A DNA stretch of 64,000 bases from an uncultured bacterium. GTDB taxonomy: Bacteria > Zixibacteria > MSB-5A5 > CAIYYT01. Made by a program: the position numbers and the translations under genes. The notes beneath the pieces were generated by a model. It was not told the origin of the DNA. It was given only the letters and a program-made list of their open reading frames with translations, and ran no database searches. The stretch covers positions 512,001 through 576,000 of the forward strand of contig CAVSCK010000005.1 in the NCBI GenBank assembly GCA_963726455.1. The letters are read 5' to 3'. This document shows, piece by piece, positions 19,679-29,883 of the stretch. Each line of letters begins with the position of its first letter. Positions within the stretch are counted from its first letter, which is position 1.

Positions 19679-21529
19679 ATGCTGAAGTATCTGATTGCAG
19701 CCGCCGTTGTCGTTCTGCCGCTAGTCTATCAGACTACGACGCTTGATCCGACTCAGCCGCTGCGATTCCTGATAGTAGCCGCACTGGCAGTCCTTGTGTC
19801 CCTGACACTTCTGGTTCGCGCGATGCGTAGAGATAGGGGCGACAATCGGCAGGCGCTGCGACGGGCTGTATTCCCGGCAGTGGTAATCTACGTGGTAATC
19901 TCGGCAATCTCGATCTTGCAGGCGGTGAATTCTTCGGAAGCAGTTTACGATTTCAGCAAAGTTGCACTCTTCGCGGCACTCATGGTTTGCACGACACTGA
20001 TTTTCGCTTCGGAGAAACAGGCCTTGCTCGTGTTTACCAAGGCCATGACTCTGAGTGGAGCGATACTTGCGGCCATCGGCATCTGTCAATACTACGGCAT
20101 TGGCTTCACCGACATTCCGGGAAACTCGATTCCCTATGGCACAATGGCCAACAAGAACCTGTTGTCGGCGGTGCTCTGTATGACACTGCCGTTCGGAGTG
20201 TATGCTGCGTTTCAACTAGGACGCTGGTGGCAGGTAGTCGGATTTTTGTCAGCTTTGCTGTCATTAATGGAAGTAATCATCAGTCAGACGCGTGCCGACT
20301 GGATGGCGCTGGCCGTTGCTACGCTCCTGATTATTCCGCTTTACTTTGTCCGCAGCAAAGATCGAACTCTACTGGGGGAGCCGAAGAAACAAAATCGGAG
20401 AAAGAAGGTCGTCCTTGCTCTGGCGGTCGTCGTGATTCTGGTTGCCGGAGTTTCGGGGATCATCATTCGCCCCGGTCAAAGCAGTATCGGCCAGCGAATC
20501 ACTTCGATAGTGACACATCAGGACCCGTCCAGCCAGGAGCGGTTGGTGATCTGGAAGAAATCGCTGGAAATGTTCGGCGGGCATCCGCTTACCGGAATCG
20601 GTATCGGCAACTGGAAGGTAGTCTATCCGGGGCTCGGCACTGCCGGCACACGAGCCGCAGCCGCAGATATTTACTTCCAGCAACCGCACAATGACTATTT
20701 GTGGATTCTTGCCGAGACCGGAATCCCGGGGCTGATTGCCTTTCTCGCGGTGCTGGGTTTAGTACTGTGGTACGGAATTCGGACGTTACGGCACGCAGAT
20801 TCTGGCGAAGACGGCCTTTTGGCACTGGCTCTGCTGTTTGCCGTGATTTGCGCGATGGTTGACGCGTTCTTCAGTTATCCTCGCGAACGCATCGAGCTGG
20901 TAACTTACGTAGCATTCATTTTTGCCGCAATGGTTGCACTGTGCGACCGGGATTCGGTTGCTGCGAAAGGCGGATTTCGCCGCCTGGCACTGGGCACGCT
21001 TGCCGGGTGCACGATAATCGGTGTTGTGGCGACCTGTTTGGGCATCGTACGCCTGAACGGTGAGACGCACACGATGAAGGCATGGCTGGCGAAAGGCGCG
21101 GGCAACTGGCCGGAGGTGATAGCACAAAGCAATCTGGCGCGATCACCTTGGCTCACGCTTGATCCGACTTCGACGCCGCTGGCATGGTACAGCGGGGTTG
21201 CGCGCTTCTCTGTTAACGATCGTGACGGCGCCTGCCGCGATTTTGAGACGGCCTACCGAGACAATCCGAATCATCCGCATGTACTGAACAATCTTGGCAC
21301 TTGCGCCGAACTGCGCGGCGATCATGAAACGGCATTGACATACTATCAGCGTTCGGTGGCGGTCGCGCCGGCATTTGACGATGCCTGGTTGAATCTCACG
21401 GCAGTTTATTACAACATGGGGGAGTATGCGAAAGCCGACAGCGTTCTAGCACAGGTTGGCAATGGCTGCACCGATTCGCGAGTTGGGGTGTTCAGGGAGA
21501 GAATATCTACGGTGCTGAAGAAACCGTGA
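19679..21529 (+). CDS. O-antigen-ligase-family (Wzy_C) membrane protein with C-terminal TPRs
   Basis: Multi-TM; SQTRA, ERLVIW, PLTGIGIGNW and PHNDYLWILAETG motifs; TPR-like C-terminus. Confidence 0.85.
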   Translation: MLKYLIAAAVVVLPLVYQTTTLDPTQPLRFLIVAALAVLVSLTLLVRAMRRDRGDNRQALRRAVFPAVVIYVVISAISILQAVNSSEAVYDFSKVALFAALMVCTTLIFASEKQALLVFTKAMTLSGAILAAIGICQYYGIGFTDIPGNSIPYGTMANKNLLSAVLCMTLPFGVYAAFQLGRWWQVVGFLSALLSLMEVIISQTRADWMALAVATLLIIPLYFVRSKDRTLLGEPKKQNRRKKVVLALAVVVILVAGVSGIIIRPGQSSIGQRITSIVTHQDPSSQERLVIWKKSLEMFGGHPLTGIGIGNWKVVYPGLGTAGTRAAAADIYFQQPHNDYLWILAETGIPGLIAFLAVLGLVLWYGIRTLRHADSGEDGLLALALLFAVICAMVDAFFSYPRERIELVTYVAFIFAAMVALCDRDSVAAKGGFRRLALGTLAGCTIIGVVATCLGIVRLNGETHTMKAWLAKGAGNWPEVIAQSNLARSPWLTLDPTSTPLAWYSGVARFSVNDRDGACRDFETAYRDNPNHPHVLNNLGTCAELRGDHETALTYYQRSVAVAPAFDDAWLNLTAVYYNMGEYAKADSVLAQVGNGCTDSRVGVFRERISTVLKKP

Positions 21530-21554
21530 TTATCAGATCACACGCGCACAGTGA

Positions 21555-22640
21555 TCAGACGTTAAAGCGAAAGATCACGACATCGCCGTCGTGCATGAGG
21601 TAGGTCTTGCCTTCGAGCCGCACCAGGCCGTGCTTGCGCGCTTCGGCATATGAGCCCGAACGTTTGAGATCTTCATAGGCGACGATCTCGGCGCGAATGA
21701 AGCCACGTTCGAAATCGGCATGAATGACGCCCGCAGCCGACTGGGCTGTCGAACCCTTCTTGATTGTCCAGGCGCGGGTCTCCTTATCGCCAGTGGTCAA
21801 GAACGAAATCAATCCGAGCATGGCGTAGGATTTGCGAATCACCAGATCGAGCGCCGATTCCTTGAGTCCCATGTCGGCCATGAAGGTAGCGCAATCTTCA
21901 TCGGGAAGCTGCGCCAGTTCCATTTCCATCTTTCCGCAAGTCACCGCCAGGTCCAAATTCGGTTTGCCGGCCAGGTCGGCGAATTCGCCGTCAATGCTCT
22001 CGATCTTATCGATATCATTTTCACCGATGTTGATAATAACCAGCATCGGTTTCTCCGAAAGAAATCGGAATCCGCGAATCAATTTGGACTCCTCGGGCGG
22101 CATGGTTACCGATCGCAGCGGTGTATTCTGTTCGAGTATTTCCTTGACCTTGCGCAAGACCTCGGCTTCGTGCTTGACCTTGTCATCCTTGACGACCTTG
22201 GCCTGGCGCTCCACGCGATCGAGACGCTTTTCGACCATCAACAGATCGGTAAAGACCAATTCCTCATCGAGCGCCTCGATATCACGTCGGACATTGACCG
22301 ACCCCTTGGGATGCAGGACGCTATCGTTGGCAAACGCCCTGACCACGTGCGCCAGCGCATCGCACTCGCGCAGCACCTGCGGGATTTCTGATTCGGACGC
22401 CGTGTCCTTCTCGCCGGTGAATCCAGCCACATCGAGATATTCCACCTCGGCATAAACAGTTTTCAGCGAACTGCTCATCTCCGTCAGGAAATCGATGCGC
22501 GCGTCGGGCACCAGCACGCGGCCGCGATGAAACGCGCCCTTCTGGGACTGGAAACTACCCACCTCGGCATCGCCGCGGGTAACGGCATTAAACACGGTGG
22601 TTTTGCCGGAGAGGCCGAGTCCTATCAAGCCAACGATCAT
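21555..22640 (-). CDS. ychF: Redox-regulated ATPase YchF
   Basis: GLSGKTTVFNA, DVAG, AGVIHADFERGFIRAE, RLEGKTY..DGDVVIFRFNV. Confidence 0.95.
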   Translation of the reverse strand: MIVGLIGLGLSGKTTVFNAVTRGDAEVGSFQSQKGAFHRGRVLVPDARIDFLTEMSSSLKTVYAEVEYLDVAGFTGEKDTASESEIPQVLRECDALAHVVRAFANDSVLHPKGSVNVRRDIEALDEELVFTDLLMVEKRLDRVERQAKVVKDDKVKHEAEVLRKVKEILEQNTPLRSVTMPPEESKLIRGFRFLSEKPMLVIINIGENDIDKIESIDGEFADLAGKPNLDLAVTCGKMEMELAQLPDEDCATFMADMGLKESALDLVIRKSYAMLGLISFLTTGDKETRAWTIKKGSTAQSAAGVIHADFERGFIRAEIVAYEDLKRSGSYAEARKHGLVRLEGKTYLMHDGDVVIFRFNV

Positions 22641-22710
22641 GCCTTCATTATATATGCACGTCGCCGCCAAGACAAAGGAATTTCCTCAGCCGTGCAAATG
22701 TAAGCGTTCG

Positions 22711-24327
22711 CTATGGGGAGGGAGCACGTCTGATGCTTAACGCAACGATGCGGTCAATGTTGCTGGATATAATCGTATTGTCCCTGTCGGAGCCGGTAAG
22801 CTTGTTGAGCCGTCCCAATTCACCTCTGGAAAAGACGCACAACAGCGTGTCGTGCGCCGCAGCAAAATCGCGCACTTCCTGATCTTCCGACAGAATCGTC
22901 ACCGGCTGCATACTCCAGAATGGCGTCTTGCTGCCGGCCATCACTGCCACCGGATTCCCGGAATAGTAGTAAACGCCGCGGACATAAAGACTGTTGCAGA
23001 GAATCGGTTGGCCGGAATAATGATATTGCTTCACCAGCGCCGGTAGATCGCTGTCGGTGAGCGCCGTTTCGAGTTTGGGGAACAGCACATAGGGAGTGAT
23101 AATCGCGAAACCAATCATGCCGATCACACCGGCAATGACTGCTGATTGCAGACGCTGCCGAAACATGAACACCGCCGCCGCCAACGAAGTCAGCGCAATC
23201 GGGCCGAAACTGAGGAACCCGGCCGTCACGAATTGCGGATAGTCTTTGCGCAGAAACAACGGCGCGATGCCAAGGCCAATTCCGGCGACAACAAGAAGCG
23301 CCGACACGATATAGGAGCGATACTTCTTTAGCTCCGCGCCGGTCGCCGAGAATCCGATCATCATCGCCAGCGCCGGGAAGACGGGCGAGATGTAGGTCGA
23401 CAACTTGGACTGCGCGACGTTGAAAATGATGTACATCACCACGAACCACGTCACTGCGAAAAGATATTCATTTCGCATCTTGCGGAATCCGGCGCCGATC
23501 AGTGGGAAATACGATGTCCAGGGAATCATACCGACAATGATGACGCCGGGATAAAACCATTGCGTGTTGAATTGGTGATGCTCGGCGTGCAGCAGACGAT
23601 TCCAGTGACAGTTTACGAAATACTCCCAGAGGAAAGAATAGCCATACTGGAAGGACGCATACAGAAACCACGGCAGAACCAGTATCAGCCAGAGAAACCA
23701 CCAGCCGGAGAACAGGAATTTACCCACCAGTTTGCGATTGCCACTCACGATGAGAAAAACAGTCCCCGTCACCAGTGGCAACACCAGGCCAAGTGGCGTT
23801 TTGGCGAGAGTCGCTAGTGCCGTAAGAACAGCGAACCAGAGTAGATATCGCAGTCTTTGCGATTTGAACCACAAGTAGAAGCAGTATAGAGAGAAAGCAA
23901 TCAGCGTCGAGAAAACCATGTCGGTCAGTACGACATGGGTCAATCCGATCCACCAGACTGCCGATGCCAAGATCGCCGCCGTTATGAATGCAGTTTCTTC
24001 AGACAGCACCTTCCTGACAAACAGGAAAACGCCGACTACGCTCAGCAATCCAAACAGCGCCGACGCAAACCGCGCCGCGACGGCATCGACGCCGAACAGT
24101 TTATACGATAGCATCACCAGCCAGAAATAGAGCGGCGGCTTTTCGAAATTCGGTTCCTGGAAAATCAATGGCGTCAGGATGCTGCCCTGCGCCAACATCT
24201 CTTTGGCGGTCTCACCATAAAACGTGTCATCCGGATCGGTGAGCGACGGCGCCCCCAATCCCAAGAAGTAGAGCAGGATGCAGAGCGCAATCAGAACCGT
24301 CAAACGACGGCCGGTCGTGTTTATCAT
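22711..24327 (-). CDS. ArnT/PMT-family (GT83/GT39) membrane glycosyltransferase
   Basis: DPDDTFY..AKEM, FEKPPLYFW, ARFASALFG and LAKTPLG motifs; multi-TM. Confidence 0.88.
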   Translation of the reverse strand: MINTTGRRLTVLIALCILLYFLGLGAPSLTDPDDTFYGETAKEMLAQGSILTPLIFQEPNFEKPPLYFWLVMLSYKLFGVDAVAARFASALFGLLSVVGVFLFVRKVLSEETAFITAAILASAVWWIGLTHVVLTDMVFSTLIAFSLYCFYLWFKSQRLRYLLWFAVLTALATLAKTPLGLVLPLVTGTVFLIVSGNRKLVGKFLFSGWWFLWLILVLPWFLYASFQYGYSFLWEYFVNCHWNRLLHAEHHQFNTQWFYPGVIIVGMIPWTSYFPLIGAGFRKMRNEYLFAVTWFVVMYIIFNVAQSKLSTYISPVFPALAMMIGFSATGAELKKYRSYIVSALLVVAGIGLGIAPLFLRKDYPQFVTAGFLSFGPIALTSLAAAVFMFRQRLQSAVIAGVIGMIGFAIITPYVLFPKLETALTDSDLPALVKQYHYSGQPILCNSLYVRGVYYYSGNPVAVMAGSKTPFWSMQPVTILSEDQEVRDFAAAHDTLLCVFSRGELGRLNKLTGSDRDNTIISSNIDRIVALSIRRAPSP

Positions 24328-24385
24328 GCCGCCATGTTATTCAAACCAATGCCTTCAGACAAGCGATAATGGCAATGACCCGGCT

Positions 24386-24414
24386 TGACCGGGCAGGCGT
24401 ACGGGCGTATATTG
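24386..24414 (+). promoter_or_regulatory. sigma70-type promoter of mtaB
   Basis: TTGACC-N17-TATATT. Confidence 0.55.
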
Positions 24415-24490
24415 GCAGACGGCCGGATTACGTGAAGCGTATCGCCTTACGGTATCGTCTCACAACAAAGTCAATCGAATTGGAGAAACT

Positions 24491-25840
24491 ATTAGCAGGC
24501 CAAGAGCATCCTTACATACTCTGGGTTGCCGTCTGAATCAGGCGGAGACCGCGATCATCGCCAACACGCTGTCACAGCGCGGCTACGATATCGTCGAGTT
24601 CGGCCAGCCGGTTGATCTGGCGGTGATCAACACATGCACCGTTACCGAGCAGGCCGATGCCAAATGCCGGCAGGCGGTCAGGCAGGCGCTGCGGCTAAAT
24701 CCCTCAACCTATGTTGCCGTGGTCGGATGTTATTCGCAGATCGGTCTGGAAACAATTCGGCAGATCAAGGGCATCGACCTGATTATCGGCAACGAACACA
24801 AGCTCAAGGTCGCGGATCATCTCAACGGTTTGACCAAGCAACTTGAACCGATCGTCATTCACTCACCTAAATTGCCTGATGCCGAATTCACGATTGACTC
24901 ACCGGGACTTTACAGCTTCAACACCAGAGCCAATCTCAAAATTCAGGATGGCTGCAATTACTTCTGCTCATTCTGCATCATTCCGACCGTGCGCGGGCGG
25001 GCCCGCAGCCGCACCTTCGAGGATATCCTGAAGGAAGCGCGCGAGTTGGTGGAATCTGGACACCGGGAATTGGTGATTACCGGCATTAACGTCGGCACCT
25101 ATAAGAATGAAGGCCGGCGCTTGCTTCAGGTTATCGCTGAGCTGGAGAAAATCGAAGGACTGGCGCGCATCCGCATCAGTTCCATCGAGCCGACGACAAT
25201 CGGCGCCGAACTAGTGCGCTACATGGCATCATCGGAGAAACTCGTGCCGTACCTGCATATTCCATTGCAGAGCGGCGACGACCGCATTCTCAAGGCGATG
25301 AAGCGCAAACACACGATCGCCCAATTCTGCAAGTTTGTCGAATGGGCGGCGGCGACGGTGCCTGATGTCGGTATCGGCAGCGATGCGATGGTTGGTTTCC
25401 CCGGTGAAGATGAGGAGGAATTCCTGCATACCAAAGACGCGCTGCGCGATTTGCCGATTTACTATTTTCACGTATTCAGCTATTCCGACCGGCCGGGAAC
25501 AAAGTCGTACCCTCTTCAACCGAAGGTTGATCCCCAGACTAAAAAACTCCGCGCGCGCCGGCTGATCGAACTGTCCGAACGAAAAAAGCGTGCGTTCTAC
25601 GAGAGCCACGTGGGTAAAACGAAAAGAGTCCTGTTCGAGGATCTTGAAAACGGCCTGTGGACCGGACACACCGGAAATTATATGAAGGTCCAGGTCGCGA
25701 GTGAACAGCAACTGCACAATCAGATATTGCCCGTGCGGTTGATTGAAGCTCGCAGTGACACAATATTTGGGGGCGCTTCAATAGATCACGCGCCGACACG
25801 CAAACCCTCCAATCGGCAAGCTATTGGCGGAGGATGTTAA
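24491..25840 (+). CDS. mtaB: tRNA t6A37 methylthiotransferase MtaB (radical SAM); apparent ATT start
   Basis: In-frame N-terminal HTLGCRLNQAE lies upstream of the called ORF; INTCTVT, VVGCY and QDGCNYFCSFC motifs; GGAG RBS 5 nt before ATT 24491. Confidence 0.9.
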   Translation: MSRPRASLHTLGCRLNQAETAIIANTLSQRGYDIVEFGQPVDLAVINTCTVTEQADAKCRQAVRQALRLNPSTYVAVVGCYSQIGLETIRQIKGIDLIIGNEHKLKVADHLNGLTKQLEPIVIHSPKLPDAEFTIDSPGLYSFNTRANLKIQDGCNYFCSFCIIPTVRGRARSRTFEDILKEARELVESGHRELVITGINVGTYKNEGRRLLQVIAELEKIEGLARIRISSIEPTTIGAELVRYMASSEKLVPYLHIPLQSGDDRILKAMKRKHTIAQFCKFVEWAAATVPDVGIGSDAMVGFPGEDEEEFLHTKDALRDLPIYYFHVFSYSDRPGTKSYPLQPKVDPQTKKLRARRLIELSERKKRAFYESHVGKTKRVLFEDLENGLWTGHTGNYMKVQVASEQQLHNQILPVRLIEARSDTIFGGASIDHAPTRKPSNRQAIGGGC

Positions 25841-27144
25841 TGAGTCAGAGTGGATATCGACTCACGACAATCATAACTATCGTTTTCTTCGCGCTCCTGA
25901 CCTGTCATCCATCGACGGCACTGGCCGGTAACCCAAAAAAATCGCGCAGCAGCAAAGGCCACAAGTCTCAGACTATTCCGAAACGAAATTCTACCGGCGA
26001 ACTGATAGATACCTCGAAGATGAACATCAATGTTGCACCGTCGGAATCGGCGACATTGGGGACAGCTACCAAACCGGGAGTCAGTCGACTGCTGCTCGAA
26101 AATATTCCGGCGCCGTCCCTGGCGGGTAATCTCCTCGGTGACTCGACAATTCAACCGGTCGCCATCTACTTCCCGCCCTCATACAGCTCCAGCAAGCTTC
26201 GTTATCCGGTGGTCTATTTCCTGCCCGGCTTTGGTGATGTCGTGGCGCAATACCTTGATGGCACCTATCAGGGATTCAGACTGCAGCCGGTTATGGATTC
26301 ACTGATTGCCGCGGGCGCAGTCAAGGAAATGATCGTCGTAGTTATCAACGGTCGCAACTTGCTCGGCGGCAGTTTCTATGCCAATTCCCCGGTTAGCGGC
26401 AATTGGGAAAACTTCGTGGAAAAGGATGTTGTCACCTATATCGACAGTCGTTATCGCACGATCCTGCGCCCGAGTGCGCGCGGAATCGCCGGGCACTCCA
26501 TGGGCGGTTATGGCGCGCTCGATCTGGCGATGCATCACCCCGATATTTTCGGCAACGCTTACTGTTTGAGCCCCGGGCTATTTGACGAAAACGGTTTGTC
26601 CCAGAGTCTGATGTTTGCCGACCCCAAAACCGTCAGAGATTATCTGGCAATCGATCGCGAATTAACAGCGATGAACCGCGAACAAGCAGCAACCGGCCTG
26701 GGGCGGATTCTTGACAGTCTGGTGACCGCTCAACGCTGGGATTTGATTTTCACCATGGCATATGGCGCAGCGTTTTCCGGCAAGCCGAGCAAGAATGCAC
26801 CTCATATCAGCTATCCCTATTCACTGGATAACAACGCACTGGCTCTCGATACTCTAGTGTGGCATCGCTGGGAAAGCGGGTTCGGTGATCTCAATCAAAA
26901 GCTGGCAGATAGTAGAACTCAACTGTCAGATCTGAACGCGTTGGGAATTGAGTACGGTGTCGCGGATGAGAATTCCTGGATTCCGAAAGGTTGTCAATAT
27001 TTTGCGAGACTGCTGACCGATCGGCACATTAAGTATCAGATGACGACTTTCGCCGGGCAAACACCAGGACCAACTGGGAACCGGCTGACCCAGTACATGC
27101 TCCCGTTCTTTTCGCAGAATCTGTTGTTCCAAAGACCGCACTAG
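25840..27144 (+). CDS. Secreted alpha/beta-hydrolase (esterase family)
   Basis: YPVVYFLPG and GHSMGG nucleophile elbow; signal peptide. Confidence 0.85.
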   Translation: MSQSGYRLTTIITIVFFALLTCHPSTALAGNPKKSRSSKGHKSQTIPKRNSTGELIDTSKMNINVAPSESATLGTATKPGVSRLLLENIPAPSLAGNLLGDSTIQPVAIYFPPSYSSSKLRYPVVYFLPGFGDVVAQYLDGTYQGFRLQPVMDSLIAAGAVKEMIVVVINGRNLLGGSFYANSPVSGNWENFVEKDVVTYIDSRYRTILRPSARGIAGHSMGGYGALDLAMHHPDIFGNAYCLSPGLFDENGLSQSLMFADPKTVRDYLAIDRELTAMNREQAATGLGRILDSLVTAQRWDLIFTMAYGAAFSGKPSKNAPHISYPYSLDNNALALDTLVWHRWESGFGDLNQKLADSRTQLSDLNALGIEYGVADENSWIPKGCQYFARLLTDRHIKYQMTTFAGQTPGPTGNRLTQYMLPFFSQNLLFQRPH

Positions 27145-27165
27145 TCAGAGTGTTCCCTACCTTTT

Positions 27166-27187
27166 GTAGGAGCGACTTCAGTCGCGA
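27166..27187. repeat. Solo GTAG-type REP
   Basis: GTAGGA-GCGAC-TTCA-GTCGC-GA between convergent genes. Confidence 0.55.
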
Positions 27188-27198
27188 CCAGTGATCTC

Positions 27199-29064
27199 CT
27201 ACCCTACCAACAACTTCTCCAACTCATCGACCAGCCGGCCGAACAATTTCGCGGTCGCCTCGATTGCGTCCGGCTTGGTCATATCGACACCGGCATCAGC
27301 CAGAATCTCAATCGGATATTTCGATTCGCCCGCTCTGAGGAAGTTGGCATAACGCTGCGCCTGTTCCCGATCTCCGGAGAGCAGACGCTCGGCGATCAAG
27401 GTCGCGGCAGAGTAACTGGTGGCATATTGGTAAACATAGAAGGCGCGATAGAAATGACTGATGCGCAGGCAGTTGATGTCGTTGTATTCGTCGAGCACCA
27501 GCTCCGGTCCCCAGAACTTCTGGTAGATCCGGCGGTAGATTTGGCGCAAGACATCCGCCGACAGCGGCTTGCCCTGCTCGACCTCGGTATGCACCTCGTC
27601 TTCAAACTGCGAGAACATGACTTGCGTGAAGAACGTCCCGACAATCTGCTGGATGTAGTAGTTCAGCAAGTAGGCGCGTTGGTCTTTGTCCCTGGCGCGC
27701 TCCAGCATGAAATGCATCAGCAGTTCTTCGTTGGTAGTCGAAGCAACCTCGGCGGTGAAGATCGAATGCCCCGAGTAGATATAGGGCTGGCCAAGCTTGG
27801 AATAGTAGGCATGCATCGCGTGTCCCATCTCGTGAGACAGCGTAAACATATTGTCGAGGGTATCATTGTAGTTCATCAGGACATAAGGATGCGCGGCATA
27901 CGTACTCCATGAGTACGCACCCGATCCTTTGCCCTCGCTTTCGTAGACATCAATCCAGCCCGACTCCATTCCCTTGAGCAGGTTCTCGACATATTCAGCA
28001 CCCAACGGCTGCAAACCTTCACGGATATATTTGATCGCTTCGTCATACGTGATCTTCATTTTCGCTTCGGGCACCAGCGGCACGTAAACATCATACGCGT
28101 GCAGCTCGTCGACACCCAGAACCCGCTTGCGCAGTGAGGCATAGCGATGGAGCACTTCCAGATAGTTGTCAACGGTCGTAACCAGATTGCGGTAAGTCGC
28201 TTGCGGAATGTTATCGCCATCAAGCGCCGCCCCGAGACAACTATCATACTTACGCGCCCGCGCCACATACAGATCTTTATATATGGAGGTGGCAAGCGTG
28301 GCGCCGAGAGTGTTCACGTAGGTCTTATACGCGTTCGTGAACGTCTCCATAGTCTCACGACGGACACGACGATCTTTCGATTCGAGCAGGTCGTAGTAAC
28401 GCTGCTTGGTGAGCGCAACCTTCTCACCCTCTTCGTCAACGATCTCACCATACTTGATATCTGCATCGTCGATCATGCGGAATATCTGCGACGGCCCACG
28501 CGTGACGTTGCCGGCGAGCGCCATCAGTTTTTCTTCAACAGGCGACAGGATGTGTGCCCGCATGCGGCGAATTTCGTCCAGATGATGATCGTACAGCGAG
28601 AGTTGCGGATACTCAGACTTCATTTGAGCAAGACGTTCGTCGGAAAGGGCTGTGATTTCGGGCGTGATGTAGGCGCCAACTTCACCGAATACCGTCGACA
28701 GCGCCGAGATTTCATCGCCCATCGCCTGGTAATGACTGACGCGGTTATCCTCGTCAAGCTTGAGGTGGGCATAGACATATAGTTTGTAGAACAGAATTGA
28801 GGCCTGGTCGCGATGATCGAGGCAACGAAACAGCATCTCCCCGGAGTCGGCCAGTTTTCCACTGAAGTCAGCTACGCGGCCGATCATCTCCTTAACCTTG
28901 ACCAGATCCTGCCGCCAGGAATCGTCGGATTCATACATGTGATCAAGGCGCCATTTATAACGGTCATCGATCTCTGACCGTTGTCTGACTTTCTTGCCAC
29001 TAGTCGCAGTGTCAGTCCCTGAGGTCGCGCCCCGCAACAGCTTACTGATCTTCCGACGTCTCAT
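27199..29064 (-). CDS. pepF: Oligoendopeptidase F (M3B)
   Basis: KWRL, GKGSGAYS, HPYVLMNY, HEMGH and AEVASTTNE motifs. Confidence 0.95.
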   Translation of the reverse strand: MRRRKISKLLRGATSGTDTATSGKKVRQRSEIDDRYKWRLDHMYESDDSWRQDLVKVKEMIGRVADFSGKLADSGEMLFRCLDHRDQASILFYKLYVYAHLKLDEDNRVSHYQAMGDEISALSTVFGEVGAYITPEITALSDERLAQMKSEYPQLSLYDHHLDEIRRMRAHILSPVEEKLMALAGNVTRGPSQIFRMIDDADIKYGEIVDEEGEKVALTKQRYYDLLESKDRRVRRETMETFTNAYKTYVNTLGATLATSIYKDLYVARARKYDSCLGAALDGDNIPQATYRNLVTTVDNYLEVLHRYASLRKRVLGVDELHAYDVYVPLVPEAKMKITYDEAIKYIREGLQPLGAEYVENLLKGMESGWIDVYESEGKGSGAYSWSTYAAHPYVLMNYNDTLDNMFTLSHEMGHAMHAYYSKLGQPYIYSGHSIFTAEVASTTNEELLMHFMLERARDKDQRAYLLNYYIQQIVGTFFTQVMFSQFEDEVHTEVEQGKPLSADVLRQIYRRIYQKFWGPELVLDEYNDINCLRISHFYRAFYVYQYATSYSAATLIAERLLSGDREQAQRYANFLRAGESKYPIEILADAGVDMTKPDAIEATAKLFGRLVDELEKLLVG

Positions 29065-29205
29065 ACCTAATCTCGTCTCGCTATAGTGTGACGGTTGCCC
29101 GCATATCGACAGGTGCAGCTAGGCCGCACAAAATTGTCCGGCTAATGTAATGGGTGGTAGCAATTTTGCCAAGAGAATGGTAGCAATTATCGTTACGATT
29201 ATCAC

Positions 29206-29883
29206 CTAGCGGGGTCGGTGACTTTCAAGCGACAATGAGGACTGTGTCTGGGAGCTGTTACGGTATGTGGGCCAGTTAACCTCATAGACTTCGGCCTCAT
29301 TTCCCCACTGCGTCCAACCCGGCCGGGCACCTCTCGCGAACATCTCGAGATAGGGTCCCGGGCTGCAAGATTCAACAATGTTATACAACTCATCCGGTTT
29401 GCGAGAGTGTTCACGTTTGGCTATACGAATTACATTTACCTGGCTCCGTCCCGGAGGCAGGGTACGCAACTTGCCGCGAATACCAAAAAGGACCAGCTCT
29501 GTTGTATTGCGAAAATAGAAACCGACGCCCCTGCCGTCAGGACCGCCGTCCTTTCGAATCTTGTGCCAGACGATGTTAGTCTTATAAGTGAATCCCCATG
29601 CCTCCATCACCGCCAATCCTTCCTGAAGCAGTGCATTGGGTACCCAGAGGTAAAGATGGGATTTCGACTTGGCCACTTGCGACACGGGAATTTCCATTAT
29701 CTGCTTCAGACTCAGCGTCTCATACCGCGAAAGGCGCCGATGTTCAGGTGCAACCTTTCCCGTGCGGTTCGAAAATCTCCACGGTGGATCAGCCAGAACC
29801 GTTCCGAAACTACCAGAGAGACTCCGAATGAAGTCCTCAGCCGGGCTCAGGACTTGAGTTGGTGTAGACTTATCTCTCAACAT
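29206..29883 (-). CDS. MT-A70-family adenine DNA methyltransferase
   Basis: ADPPW, HLYLWVPN, WGFTYKTN, REHSRKP and YLEMFARG motifs. Confidence 0.92.
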   Translation of the reverse strand: MLRDKSTPTQVLSPAEDFIRSLSGSFGTVLADPPWRFSNRTGKVAPEHRRLSRYETLSLKQIMEIPVSQVAKSKSHLYLWVPNALLQEGLAVMEAWGFTYKTNIVWHKIRKDGGPDGRGVGFYFRNTTELVLFGIRGKLRTLPPGRSQVNVIRIAKREHSRKPDELYNIVESCSPGPYLEMFARGARPGWTQWGNEAEVYEVNWPTYRNSSQTQSSLSLESHRPR

